This document shows, piece after piece, positions 23,650 through 32,408 of a stretch of DNA of 33,883 nt. Every line of letters begins with the position of its first letter. Position 1 is the first letter of the stretch. The notes below the pieces were generated by a model. The model saw nothing but the letters and a program-made list of their open reading frames with translations. It was not told where the DNA came from and made no database searches. A program made the translations under genes and the position numbers. The stretch is from Candidatus Nealsonbacteria bacterium RBG_13_42_11 (lineage in GTDB: Bacteria > Patescibacteriota > Minisyncoccia > Minisyncoccales > RBG-13-42-11), in contig MHLY01000003.1 in the NCBI GenBank assembly GCA_001821455.1, positions 10,994-44,876 of the forward strand. The letters are read 5' to 3'.

Positions 23650-24104
23650 GGACGGGGCTTAATTAGTACGCTTCGTTCGGGTTCTTCTCCGATACTTTCC
23701 GTAATAACGTCACTTCGGTCGGCGAGTTCCAAGTGAATAATTCTTCTTTCGTAGGCTGGCATAGATGCCAGCTGTTTTTCTTTTTTAGTCAGCGACACTT
23801 CGTCAGCAGTCGTTCTGGCCATTTCTTTTAAATACTCAGTTTTTTTCTTCTTATAATCATTAATATCCAAATCAATAAAAAACTGTTCTTCAATTTTTTT
23901 TCTCAAAATCGCTTTCAAAAGATGCTGAATTTCAATTAAGGTCTGGCCGCCTTCCCCGATCAGGATCTGGGGCTCTTCGGTTTTTAAATTAATGTGTATA
24001 GCTCCGTCTTTTTCCGACAAAAGACCGATCTCAACTAAAAAAGTTGTTTTTTGAAAAAAATCTTCAACGGTTTTTTTAATTAATTCAAGGTTTTGCGGGC
24101 TCAT
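23646..24104 (-). CDS. jag: Jag/KhpB-type RNA-binding protein (KH + R3H domains)
   Basis: 152 aa with an R3H region (YERRIIHLELADRSDVITESIGEEPERSVLIKP). It sits downstream of yidC, the canonical arrangement. Confidence 0.8.
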   Translation of the reverse strand: MSPQNLELIKKTVEDFFQKTTFLVEIGLLSEKDGAIHINLKTEEPQILIGEGGQTLIEIQHLLKAILRKKIEEQFFIDLDINDYKKKKTEYLKEMARTTADEVSLTKKEKQLASMPAYERRIIHLELADRSDVITESIGEEPERSVLIKPRP

Positions 24105-24828
24105 AAGGTTTTGCTTTTGGTTTTAGTATTAAATATTGCTGCAAAATGGAAAATAAGGAAGTGACTATCCAGTAAAGGCCGATGGCTGAGGGCAGTTTCC
24201 ATAAAAACAAAACTGTGAAAATCGGGAAAAAATAAAGCATTTGTTTTTGCATGACGTCTGAAAATCGGGACATCTGGTCGGTTTTTTTGTCTGTTTTTTT
24301 ATTTTTAGCCATCATCATTTTGGATTGGAAAAACTGGGTAAGACCGGCTAAGACCGCGAGTATCATATTGCCCTGGGCCAAATTAATTATTCCTAAAAAG
24401 CTGGGGTTAATCGTCCCGGGGTTGGGAATAAAACTGTAAAGCAAGCCCATGGCTTCGGGTCTCAGTCCCTTCCAAAAAACCTGGTAAAGAGCGATCAGAA
24501 CGGGTAATTGTATTAAGAGCGGCAAACAGCCTCCGAAAGGGTTAACTCCCTCTTTCTGATAAAGAGCCATTATTTCTTTTGTCTGTTTTTCCTTGTCGTT
24601 TTTGTATTTCTCCTGAACCTCCTGAATTTTGGGCTGAAGTTCCGACATCGCTTTCTGAGACTTGATGGATTTTATCATAAAAGGGTAGAGAACAACCCTA
24701 ATTAAGGCCGTTAAAACAATAATGGCTATCCCAAAATCATGGCCCGGCAGGTATTGGTAAAGAAAAACCAGTGCATTAAGCAGGGGTTCGTACAATATTT
24801 TATTGAAAGCGGAAATGAAAAAGTCCAT
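24085..24828 (-). CDS. yidC: Membrane protein insertase YidC (short, Gram-positive-like form)
   Basis: 247 aa. The segments KSQKAMSELQPKIQEVQEKYKNDKEKQTKEIMALYQKEGVNPFGGCLPLLIQLPVLIALY are typical of YidC/Oxa1. Confidence 0.9.
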   Translation of the reverse strand: MDFFISAFNKILYEPLLNALVFLYQYLPGHDFGIAIIVLTALIRVVLYPFMIKSIKSQKAMSELQPKIQEVQEKYKNDKEKQTKEIMALYQKEGVNPFGGCLPLLIQLPVLIALYQVFWKGLRPEAMGLLYSFIPNPGTINPSFLGIINLAQGNMILAVLAGLTQFFQSKMMMAKNKKTDKKTDQMSRFSDVMQKQMLYFFPIFTVLFLWKLPSAIGLYWIVTSLFSILQQYLILKPKAKPYEPAKP

Positions 24829-24838
24829 TTTAAAAAAA

Positions 24839-25054
24839 TTACGGCAAATCTACGCCGCCCTTATTAAGAGAATTGCATCGCAATATTCTCCAAATTCCTT
24901 TTGCTATTCCTTGAAATATCCCGTATTTTTCAATCGCCGAAACTGTGTATTCTGAACAGCTCGGATAAAAACGGCAGTTAAATCCTAAATTTGGCGAAAT
25001 AAAAATTTGGTAAATTTTAATTAATTTCAGAAAAAGCTTTTTAATCATTTTCAT
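24839..25054 (-). CDS. yidD: Membrane protein insertion efficiency factor YidD
   Basis: 71 aa. [34 protein letters not shown] is the YidD signature. Confidence 0.9.
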   Translation of the reverse strand: MKMIKKLFLKLIKIYQIFISPNLGFNCRFYPSCSEYTVSAIEKYGIFQGIAKGIWRILRCNSLNKGGVDLP

Positions 25055-25392
25055 TTTACGATATTTGCTCTCTTAAGCAGCGCGGCAATCGTTTTTTCAA
25101 TTTCGCGAAAATCCCTTTTTTCAATTCCCGGAATCGCAATAAATAAATTGTCCGTGCCGGTCTTTATGGTTTTAAATTTTAATCTTACTGCTTCTCTTAA
25201 CTTTCTTTTGATTTTATTTCTTAAGGTGGATTTTTTTGATACCTTCTGGGAAACAATAAAACCGCAGCGTGCTTTTCCCAAGTCATTCTTAACCGTTTTT
25301 AAAATTAAAAAGTCTTCCTTTAGCCCCTTTCCTTTTTTAAAGACGTTGTCTATGTCCTTTTTTTGCCTGAGCCGGTTGTTTTTTGGTAGCAT
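25051..25392 (-). CDS. rnpA: Ribonuclease P protein component
   Basis: 113 aa, basic. It has [21 protein letters not shown]...[27 protein letters not shown] and lies between rpmH and yidD. Confidence 0.9.
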   Translation of the reverse strand: MLPKNNRLRQKKDIDNVFKKGKGLKEDFLILKTVKNDLGKARCGFIVSQKVSKKSTLRNKIKRKLREAVRLKFKTIKTGTDNLFIAIPGIEKRDFREIEKTIAALLKRANIVK

Positions 25393-25411
25393 TTTAAAAC
25401 CGCTTCCGTTT

Positions 25412-25546
25412 CTAAACCGTAAGATTCTTTCTGCCCTTGCCTCTTCGTCTGGCTAACGTCCTTCTCCCGCCCACAGTTTTCATTCTTCTTAAAAATCCGT
25501 GGGTTCTTTTTCTTTTTTTGCTTTTTTTATGATAAGTGACTGACAT
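25412..25546 (-). CDS. rpmH: 50S ribosomal protein L34
   Basis: Not in the ORF track (44 aa). Hand translation from ATG (25546..25544) gives MSVTYHKKSKKRKRTHGFLRRMKTVGGRRTLARRRGKGRKNLTV with stop TAG at 25414..25412. It occupies the canonical position upstream of rnpA and divergent from dnaA. Confidence 0.9.
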   Translation of the reverse strand: MSVTYHKKSKKRKRTHGFLRRMKTVGGRRTLARRRGKGRKNLTV

Positions 25547-25696
25547 ACTGTTTTTTATCTTACCTTAATAATTCGGAAAGGTCAATTTCACAGGTTTTCC
25601 CCAGAATATCAACAAAATTTTGGCTTTGTGCGGGGTTTTACTTTTCCATTCCCCATAGTATAATGAACTGGCTGATAAAATAGATTTTGTATTTTC
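25547..25696. other. rpmH-dnaA intergenic region: candidate oriC segment / dnaA promoter
   Basis: TTTTCCCCA at 25595..25603 and ATTCCCCA at 25648..25655. A TATAAT hexamer at 25659..25664 lies 32 nt upstream of the dnaA ATG, with no good -35. Confidence 0.4.
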
Positions 25697-27046
25697 ATGA
25701 TAAAAGAAGAATTGTGGCAAGCCGTGCTTGCCCAGGTCCAACTTAACATCTCCCAGGCCAATTTTGCCACTTGGTTTAAAGACACCGGAATCGTTTCTTT
25801 TAAGGATGGGGAAATTATGGTTTCAGTGCCCAACTCTTTTGCCAAAGAATGGCTGGAAAACAAATATGGGAAAACTATTTTTAAGATTTTATACAATTTA
25901 GATAAAGAAATAAAGGAAATAAAATATTCTGTTGGAAAATCCGAGCTGAAAACCCTGAAAAGAGTCCAGGTTTCCGTCCCGACTGCCGGCCAGCTTGATT
26001 TTGAGGAGTTTAAGGTTGATAAAGAAACGAATCTTAATCCTCGTTATACTTTTGAAAACTTTATTGTCGGTTCTTTTAATGAATTGGCTCATGCTGCCGC
26101 ATTAGCGGTCGCAAAAAAACCGGGCTTAGTTTACAACCCTCTTTTTGTTTATGGGGGCGTGGGAGTGGGCAAAACCCATCTTCTCCAGTCCATCGGCAAT
26201 GCGGTAATTAAAAACTCTCCCCAAAAAAAAGTAAGCTATATCGCTGCTGAAAAATTTACTGCCGGCGTTGTTTCATCAATTAAAAATCACAGCATGGAAA
26301 ATTTTAAAACAAAATACCGGGCAATTGACATTCTTATTTTGGATGACGTTCAGTTTTTAGCCGGCAAGGAAAAAACTCAGGAAGAATTTTTTCATACTTT
26401 TAACTCTTTATATGAAAACAATAAACAAATAATTTTATCTTCGGACCGGCCGCCAAAGGCCATACCCGCTCTGACGGAAAGATTGCGCTCGCGCTTTGAA
26501 GGCGGGATGATTGGGGACATCGGCTACCCCGATTATGAAACAAGAGTAGCTATTTTGAAGGCAAAAAGCCAGGAAAAAGGAGTTAATTTCCCCGACGACA
26601 TCTTGGATTATGTTGCAACAAACATTCAAAGAAATATCCGCGAGTTGGAAGGCGCTCTAAACAGGCTGATTGCCTATCAGCAGATAAACAAACAGTTGCC
26701 CAATCTGGAAGTGGCGAAATCTCTGCTAAGAAGCTTGTTTTTGTCTCCCAACAAAGTGGCCAACCCTAAAAAAATCATTCAGGTAGTGGCTGAGTTTTAT
26801 GACTTAAAAGAAAGGGACATTCTTTCAATCTCAAGAAAAAAAGAAGTGGTAAAACCCCGCCAAATTGCCATGTTTTTATTAAGAGAGGTTTTAAAAAGTT
26901 CCTATCCTTTTATTGGGAGAAAATTCGGGGGAAAAGATCACACCACCGCAATTCATGCCTGTGAAAAAATTGCCAGGGAGTTGGGGAATGACGAAAATCT
27001 TACCAATGAATTAGACCTAATAAGACAGAGGGTTTTCAGTGTGTAA
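25697..27046 (+). CDS. dnaA: Chromosomal replication initiator DnaA
   Basis: 449 aa with an AAA+ core (NPLFVYGGVGVGKTHLLQSIGN, ILILDDVQFL, SSDRPP). The C-terminal DNA-binding domain has VKPRQIAMFLLRE and FGGKDHTTAIHA. Confidence 0.95.
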   Translation: MIKEELWQAVLAQVQLNISQANFATWFKDTGIVSFKDGEIMVSVPNSFAKEWLENKYGKTIFKILYNLDKEIKEIKYSVGKSELKTLKRVQVSVPTAGQLDFEEFKVDKETNLNPRYTFENFIVGSFNELAHAAALAVAKKPGLVYNPLFVYGGVGVGKTHLLQSIGNAVIKNSPQKKVSYIAAEKFTAGVVSSIKNHSMENFKTKYRAIDILILDDVQFLAGKEKTQEEFFHTFNSLYENNKQIILSSDRPPKAIPALTERLRSRFEGGMIGDIGYPDYETRVAILKAKSQEKGVNFPDDILDYVATNIQRNIRELEGALNRLIAYQQINKQLPNLEVAKSLLRSLFLSPNKVANPKKIIQVVAEFYDLKERDILSISRKKEVVKPRQIAMFLLREVLKSSYPFIGRKFGGKDHTTAIHACEKIARELGNDENLTNELDLIRQRVFSV

Positions 27047-27178
27047 AATGGGGAAAAATTAAAAACCTTAAAAATCCCCATTCTTTCTACTGTTCATCCT
27101 TTGGTAATTTTGTGCGAGAAGCGGGAGAAAATAAAACTTTTCCCCAACGCTAATAACATTAATTTAAATATTAAATAA
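27047..27178. other. dnaA-dnaN intergenic region: candidate oriC segment with box-like repeats and an AT-rich stretch
   Basis: TGGGGAAAA (27049..27057, the reverse complement of TTTTCCCCA), AAATCCCCA (27072..27080) and TTTTCCCCA (27138..27146). An almost pure A/T run follows at 27151..27178, immediately before dnaN. Confidence 0.4.
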
Positions 27179-28327
27179 ATGAAAACCGTAATTTTGAAAG
27201 AAAAATTAAAAGAGGGAATTAATACCGTGGAAAGAATTTCTGAAAAGTCTTTAACTTTACCGATTTTAAATAACGTTTTAATTTCAACGGAAAAAAACTT
27301 TCTCAACCTGACTACGACCGATTTAGAGGTCGGAATTAACTGGTGGTCTTTAGTTAAAACTGAAAGAGAGGGGAAAATCGCCGTACCCTCCCGCGTTTTA
27401 TCTAGTTTTGTTAATTTCCTGCCGGATAAACCCGTAGAACTGGAAGTAAAAGATTTAACGTTAAAAATCAAATGCGACGATTATCAAACTTCAATTAAGG
27501 GGTTTAATCCGGAAGATTTCCCGATCATTCCAAAGGTGATAAGCAAAGAAAAAGTTGTTATTAAAAGCCAGGTTTTCTGCCAAAACCTGAGCCGGGTTGT
27601 TGATGTGGCCAGTTTTTCATCAACCAAACCGGAAATTTCCGGAATTTACTTTCTGTTCCAGAAAAACCTGATCGTGATGGCGGCTACAGACAGTTTTCGC
27701 CTAGGTGAAACAAAGATCTTTTTAGAATCCCCTAAAAATAACTTAACGAAGGATTATTCCTTAATTCTGCCCCAAAAGGCAGCTAAGGAAATTATTAATA
27801 TTTTGGGCGGGGGAAGCGGAGATTTAACCATATGTTTTTCACCGAACCAGATTCTTTTTGAAACGGGCCTGACGGAAACATCTCACCCTAAAATCCAGCT
27901 TGTTTCCCGGTTGATTGAGGGCGACTATCCGAACTACCAGGAAATTATTCCTAAAAAATCGGAAACAAAAATTCAGGTTTCTTTAAATGAGATTATTAAC
28001 CAGATTAAATTATCCTCGCTTTTCAGCAGCAAAATTAACGAGGTAAAATTAAAAATTGATCCCAAAAAGAATCAATTAAATATTTTCAGCCAAAATCCCG
28101 ACGTGGGAGAATATAATAGTTTCTTAAACGCTAAAATTGACGGCAAGCCCTTTGAGATTTCTTTTAACTACAGATTTTTATTGGACGGATTGTTAAACAT
28201 CGGTCTGGGCAGAGAAAAAGAAACCGAAGTGATTTTAGAATTAAACGGTTCAGATAAGCCCGGAGTAATAAAAGCGAAAGGAGACGAATCTTATCTTTAT
28301 TTGGTGATGCCGATAAAAACTAATTAA
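27179..28327 (+). CDS. dnaN: DNA polymerase III beta sliding clamp
   Basis: 382 aa with a typical DnaN N-terminus (LKEKLKEGINTVERISEKSLTLPILNNVLIS...LNLTTTDLEVGI). It is immediately downstream of dnaA. Confidence 0.9.
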   Translation: MKTVILKEKLKEGINTVERISEKSLTLPILNNVLISTEKNFLNLTTTDLEVGINWWSLVKTEREGKIAVPSRVLSSFVNFLPDKPVELEVKDLTLKIKCDDYQTSIKGFNPEDFPIIPKVISKEKVVIKSQVFCQNLSRVVDVASFSSTKPEISGIYFLFQKNLIVMAATDSFRLGETKIFLESPKNNLTKDYSLILPQKAAKEIINILGGGSGDLTICFSPNQILFETGLTETSHPKIQLVSRLIEGDYPNYQEIIPKKSETKIQVSLNEIINQIKLSSLFSSKINEVKLKIDPKKNQLNIFSQNPDVGEYNSFLNAKIDGKPFEISFNYRFLLDGLLNIGLGREKETEVILELNGSDKPGVIKAKGDESYLYLVMPIKTN

Positions 28328-30323
28328 AGGGATTAGGCAGGAACTTTTCTAAAAACTCGTGAAAGATCGGGCCCGCTACTGTTGCTGCGGGCTGTTTTCT
28401 TATCATGGGCTCGTTGTTATTATTTCCAACCCAAACACCCACCGTAAGCGAGGGAATATAACCTATGGTCCAGCAATCCCTAAAGTCATCAGTGGTGCCG
28501 GTTTTCGCCGCCACTTTGTAGTTTTCAAAATATAAATGCGACCGGGCGCCGAACATCGGCGTTCTCATGTCGTTATCTGAAAGAATGTCGGTGACTAATT
28601 TTGCCACCTCGCTTGATAATACTCTTTTTGAACCCTTTTTATTTTCTTCGAGAATTTTTCCCTGGTAATCCTCAATTTTTAAAATAGAAACCGGTTCCAC
28701 TCTTATTCCCTCAGCCGCAAAAACTCCGAAAGCCGAAGTGATGTCCAATAATTTTACTTCCCCGCCGCCCAGAACAATTGCCGGACCGTAAGAAGATAAG
28801 GGCTTGTCTAAAGTAGTAATTCCCATGCTTTTAGCCGTTTCAATACTCTCTTTTAATCCTTCGGCTATTATATTTTCCTGGCCGATAAAATTATTAGTAG
28901 TCAGGGCGTTTATTTTATTTTCCGAGCCGATTAAATAAAGGACTTTTATGGACGGAACGTTTAAGGATTGCGCCAAGGACTGCCTTAAAGTAATTAAGCC
29001 CCGAAACTTGCCGTCGTAGTTTTGGGGCAGATATTCTTTATCTCCCCAAAACCCAAAACTGGTTGCCTCGTCGCTGACCATGGTTTTGTCGTCATAGCCC
29101 TTCTTAAAAGCGGTGGCGTAAATAAAGGGCTTAAAGGCGGAGCCCGGTTGTCTCCCTGGGCTTTCTTTTGTGCCGAGCGTGACATTGAATTTCGGGTCAA
29201 ACAAACAATCCACTCCCGAAATGCAATTCTCAGGATATGATGAAGCGTAATAATCACCTGTTCCGACCGTCATTGACAATACTTCTCCGGTTTGCGGGTC
29301 AATAGCAACCAGGCCCGCGTTATGGGCATTATAGGCCTTATTTCTTTCAACCCCCTCTTTTACTATCCTTTCGGCTTCTTGCTGCATTTCCCAATTCAAA
29401 GAAGTATAAACTTTCAATCCCTGTTTCATTAAAAAATCTTCTCCGTATTTTTCCGTAATTTGCTGCTTCACCCAAAGGGTGAAATAGGGAGCCAGGATTT
29501 TAACCGGATTTTCAACAAAAACAACCTCTTCTTTTTTTGCCGCTTCAAACTGTTCCTCGGTTATAAAGTCATAACTTAACATTCTTCCTAAAACATAATC
29601 TTTTCTTTCCAACAGCTCGTCTTTATGGGGCCCGAAAGGAGACAAATAGCTCGGCGCCTGAATTAAAGCCGCCAAAGTGGCGATCTCGGGCAAAGAAAGA
29701 TTTTCAATTGGTTTTTCAAAATAAGTTTGGCTGGCCGCTGCCACGCCGTAAGCATTTTGGCCAAAAGGAATTTGGTTTAAATACCATTCTAAAATCTGGT
29801 CTTTTGAATAACGCCGGTCTATTTCCAAAGCCAAGACGATTTCTCTGAATTTTCTACTGATAGTTTTTTCAGTGGAGAAAAAGGTTGACCTGATTAGCTG
29901 CTGGGGGATAGTGGAACCGCCATACATCGCCTCTTTCAGTTTTAAATTAATTAGGACTGATCTGAGTATCCCCTTAAAATCAACTCCGAAATGGTGATAA
30001 AAATTAATATCTTCCGTGACAATGACAGCCTGTTCTAGCAAGTCAGGTATCTGATTCAAGGAAACCAAGGTTCTTTTTTCTTCCCCGTAAATTTCATAAA
30101 GCAATACTTTTCCCGTGCGGTCGTAAATTTTCGTTGATTGAGCAAATTGTTTCTCGGTAAATTTTTCCGGCCGCGGCAGATCTTTCGCGTAATAGATAAA
30201 TAAAACAACAGAACAAAAAACGAGAAACAAAAAAAGACCCCCCGTTATTTTAACAAAACGAGAAACTTTCTTCCTTTCTTTGCTCTCCCGATAGGTTTTA
30301 CGATGAAAAATCCGATAAGGCAC
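28320..30323 (-). CDS. Class A penicillin-binding protein (GT51 transglycosylase + transpeptidase)
   Basis: 667 aa from a GTG start, with an N-terminal TM. GT51 motifs are EDINFYHHFGVD and GGSTIPQQL. Transpeptidase motifs are GSAFKPF (SxxK), SLN and KTGTTDD. The 3' end overlaps the dnaN 3' end by 8 nt in convergent orientation. Confidence 0.9.
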   Translation of the reverse strand: MPYRIFHRKTYRESKERKKVSRFVKITGGLFLFLVFCSVVLFIYYAKDLPRPEKFTEKQFAQSTKIYDRTGKVLLYEIYGEEKRTLVSLNQIPDLLEQAVIVTEDINFYHHFGVDFKGILRSVLINLKLKEAMYGGSTIPQQLIRSTFFSTEKTISRKFREIVLALEIDRRYSKDQILEWYLNQIPFGQNAYGVAAASQTYFEKPIENLSLPEIATLAALIQAPSYLSPFGPHKDELLERKDYVLGRMLSYDFITEEQFEAAKKEEVVFVENPVKILAPYFTLWVKQQITEKYGEDFLMKQGLKVYTSLNWEMQQEAERIVKEGVERNKAYNAHNAGLVAIDPQTGEVLSMTVGTGDYYASSYPENCISGVDCLFDPKFNVTLGTKESPGRQPGSAFKPFIYATAFKKGYDDKTMVSDEATSFGFWGDKEYLPQNYDGKFRGLITLRQSLAQSLNVPSIKVLYLIGSENKINALTTNNFIGQENIIAEGLKESIETAKSMGITTLDKPLSSYGPAIVLGGGEVKLLDITSAFGVFAAEGIRVEPVSILKIEDYQGKILEENKKGSKRVLSSEVAKLVTDILSDNDMRTPMFGARSHLYFENYKVAAKTGTTDDFRDCWTIGYIPSLTVGVWVGNNNNEPMIRKQPAATVAGPIFHEFLEKFLPNPFN

Positions 30324-30351
30324 AACTCTATTTTATAAAAATTAAGGCCAA

Positions 30352-30380
30352 TTGGCAATTTTTATTAATTTTGATAAGAT
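30352..30380 (+). promoter_or_regulatory. Candidate tyrS promoter
   Basis: TTGGCA (30352..30357), a 17-nt spacer, then TGaTAAGAT (hexamer 30375..30380). This is only 12 nt upstream of the ATG, so there is no room for a T-box leader. The -35 lies inside the 10-bp palindrome GCCAATTGGC (30347..30356). Confidence 0.4.
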
Positions 30381-30392
30381 GAAATAAAATCC

Positions 30393-31580
30393 ATGAAAGC
30401 TAACATTAATTCCCAAAAAATTGAAGAAGCTTTAACAAGAGGAGTAGAAAATATTTATCCCAGTCACAAAGCGCTGGAGCGCGTTTTAAGGTCCGGCAAA
30501 AAACTCAGGATTTATATTGGTATTGACCCTACGGGCAAACTTCATGTCGGCCACATGGTGGTTTTAAGAAAATTGCGTCAATTTCAGGACTTAGGGCATG
30601 AAATCATTATTTTAATAGGAGATTTTACAGCTACTATTGGCGACCCAACCGATAAGGCGGCTCTTAGAAAACCCTTAACCCGCAAGCAAGTTTTAGAAAA
30701 CGCCAAAGATTATAAAAAACAGATTGGCAAAATTTTAGACACAAAAAAGCCAAACATTAAGTTTTTAAACAACGAAGCGTGGGCTAATAAATTAAAACCG
30801 GCAGACATGCTTAAGCTCGCCTCTTGTTTTACCGTAGCCCGATTACTGGAAAGGGACATGTTTCAAAAACGGATAAAAGATGGTAAAGAAATTCATTTAC
30901 ACGAGTTTTTATACCCCGTATTTCAGGCCTACGACAGCGTCGCCATGAACGTTGATTTGGAAATCGGAGGTAATGACCAATCTTTTAATATGCTGGCGGG
31001 CCGCGATTTGATAAAAAAAATGAAAAACAAAGAAAAGTTCGTTTTAGCCACTAGGTTGTTAACCGATTCCGCAGGAAAAAAGATGGGTAAAACCGAAGGG
31101 AATCTGGTTTCCCTGGATACGCCAAGCGGAGAAATGTACGGCAAAATTATGTCCTGGCCGGATTCTCTTATTAAGGTGGGATTTGAAATTTTAACCGATG
31201 TTCCCCTAGATGAAGTAAAAAATTTTTTAAACAAACCCAGAGAAGCTAAAGCCAGATTAGCCAGAGAAGTTGTGGCAACCTGTCATAGTAAAGAAAAAGC
31301 CCTTTTGGCTGAAAAAGAATTCAACCGCGTCTTTAAAGAAAAAGAATTGCCGACAAAAATACCGGAAATTAACATTAAAGATAAAAATCTGAACATTCTT
31401 GATTTGTTGGTAAAAACAAAACTGGTTTCTTCTAAGTCCGAAGCCCGACGTCTAGTTTTACAAAAAGGAATTAAGATTGATAATAAAATTCAGGACGACT
31501 GGAGAAAAAACGTTGAAACAAAAGATGGTTTGATAATCCAGGCCGGGAAAAGAAAATTCGCCAAAATAAAATCTATTTAA
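30393..31580 (+). CDS. tyrS: Tyrosine--tRNA ligase
   Basis: 395 aa with HIGH-type GKLHVGHMV, KMSKS-type KMGKTEG and a C-terminal S4-like domain (SKSEARRLVLQKGIKIDNK). Confidence 0.9.
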   Translation: MKANINSQKIEEALTRGVENIYPSHKALERVLRSGKKLRIYIGIDPTGKLHVGHMVVLRKLRQFQDLGHEIIILIGDFTATIGDPTDKAALRKPLTRKQVLENAKDYKKQIGKILDTKKPNIKFLNNEAWANKLKPADMLKLASCFTVARLLERDMFQKRIKDGKEIHLHEFLYPVFQAYDSVAMNVDLEIGGNDQSFNMLAGRDLIKKMKNKEKFVLATRLLTDSAGKKMGKTEGNLVSLDTPSGEMYGKIMSWPDSLIKVGFEILTDVPLDEVKNFLNKPREAKARLAREVVATCHSKEKALLAEKEFNRVFKEKELPTKIPEINIKDKNLNILDLLVKTKLVSSKSEARRLVLQKGIKIDNKIQDDWRKNVETKDGLIIQAGKRKFAKIKSI

Positions 31581-31582
31581 AC

Positions 31583-31611
31583 AAAAAATCCCGCTATAGG
31601 CGGGATTTTTT
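31583..31611. terminator. Bidirectional rho-independent terminator after tyrS and after the minus-strand micro-ORF
   Basis: AAAAAA-TCCCGC-TATAG-GCGGGA-TTTTTT. The 6-bp GC-rich stem is flanked by complementary A and T runs and starts 3 nt after the tyrS stop. Confidence 0.75.
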
Positions 31612-31635
31612 GTTTCTGAGAAGCGTTTTCTGAAA

Positions 31636-31758
31636 CTAAATTTCAGGAGTTTCTTCTTCGGTACTTTCTTCTTTAGGAGTTTTTTCTTCGTCAGTACCTT
31701 CCTCAGTGCCTTCTTCTTGATTAACAAAGGATTGAGGTTCTTGTTCTTCGTAAATCAT
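31636..31758 (-). CDS. Possible 40-aa highly acidic micro-protein
   Basis: Not in the ORF track. Hand translation from ATG (31758..31756) gives MIYEEQEPQSFVNQEEGTEEGTDEEKTPKEESTEEETPEI, with a stop at 31638..31636. It sits between a consensus promoter and a terminator. AAGGAGA lies 15 nt upstream, which is long for a functional SD. Confidence 0.35.
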   Translation of the reverse strand: MIYEEQEPQSFVNQEEGTEEGTDEEKTPKEESTEEETPEI

Positions 31759-31879
31759 ATTTTTATTTTATATTCTCCTTATTAACTATTTCGCTCCGCT
31801 TTTTGCGGAGCTAATTTCTTTTTCAATATCGACTTTTCCTAAGCATATAAGTTTATATGCTCAGATGTTTCTAATGGCA

Positions 31880-31907
31880 ATTATATTCTTTTCAAAAAAA
31901 TTGTCAA
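31880..31907 (-). promoter_or_regulatory. Near-consensus sigma-70 promoter directly downstream of the ruvC stop
   Basis: On the minus strand: TTGACA (31907..31902), a 16-nt spacer, then TATAAT (31885..31880). Both hexamers are perfect. Confidence 0.6.
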
Positions 31908-31911
31908 GGGT

Positions 31912-32400
31912 TTATGCTTTATGCCTTTTGTAAAGACAGAAGGTGGCTGCAATGGCCAAGGCATCGGCAGCGTCGTCGGGCTTCGGGGCCTCTTTTAATT
32001 TTAAAAGAGATTTTATCTTTTTTTGGACAACTTCTTTTTCCGCCCTGCCAAAACCGCCGACGGCCAATTTCACCTGGAGGGGAGTAAATTGGTGCACGGG
32101 AAGTTTATTTTTTGCGGCCGTGAGTAAGATTACTCCTCCAGCCTGACTTACCGGAATAGCGGTTTTAAAATTCTTAAAAAAATAAAGGCTTTCCATAACC
32201 AGAACCTCGGGCTGGTATTTTTTAATTAATCTGTCCAGGTCGTTATTCAGCTTCATTAAACGTTCGGGGGCGGTGAAAATGGGCTGGGTTTTGATTACGC
32301 CGTAATCCAAACATCGGAAACGTTTAGTTTTCGATTCAAGTCTTTTAATTACACCGTAGCCCGTACTGGCGGTGCCGGGGTCAATTCCAAGTATGATCAT
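31912..32400 (-). CDS. ruvC: Crossover junction endodeoxyribonuclease RuvC
   Basis: 162 aa with MIILGIDPGTASTGYGVI and the C-terminal acidic motif PDDAADALAIA. Confidence 0.9.
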   Translation of the reverse strand: MIILGIDPGTASTGYGVIKRLESKTKRFRCLDYGVIKTQPIFTAPERLMKLNNDLDRLIKKYQPEVLVMESLYFFKNFKTAIPVSQAGGVILLTAAKNKLPVHQFTPLQVKLAVGGFGRAEKEVVQKKIKSLLKLKEAPKPDDAADALAIAATFCLYKRHKA

Positions 32401-32408
32401 GGATAGAG

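Noticed and set aside
31458-31727. 89-aa Lys-rich minus-strand ORF
   Set aside because: It runs through the bidirectional terminator and into the tyrS 3' end. The product is low-complexity, and the 40-aa acidic ORF in a different frame fits the promoter and terminator better.
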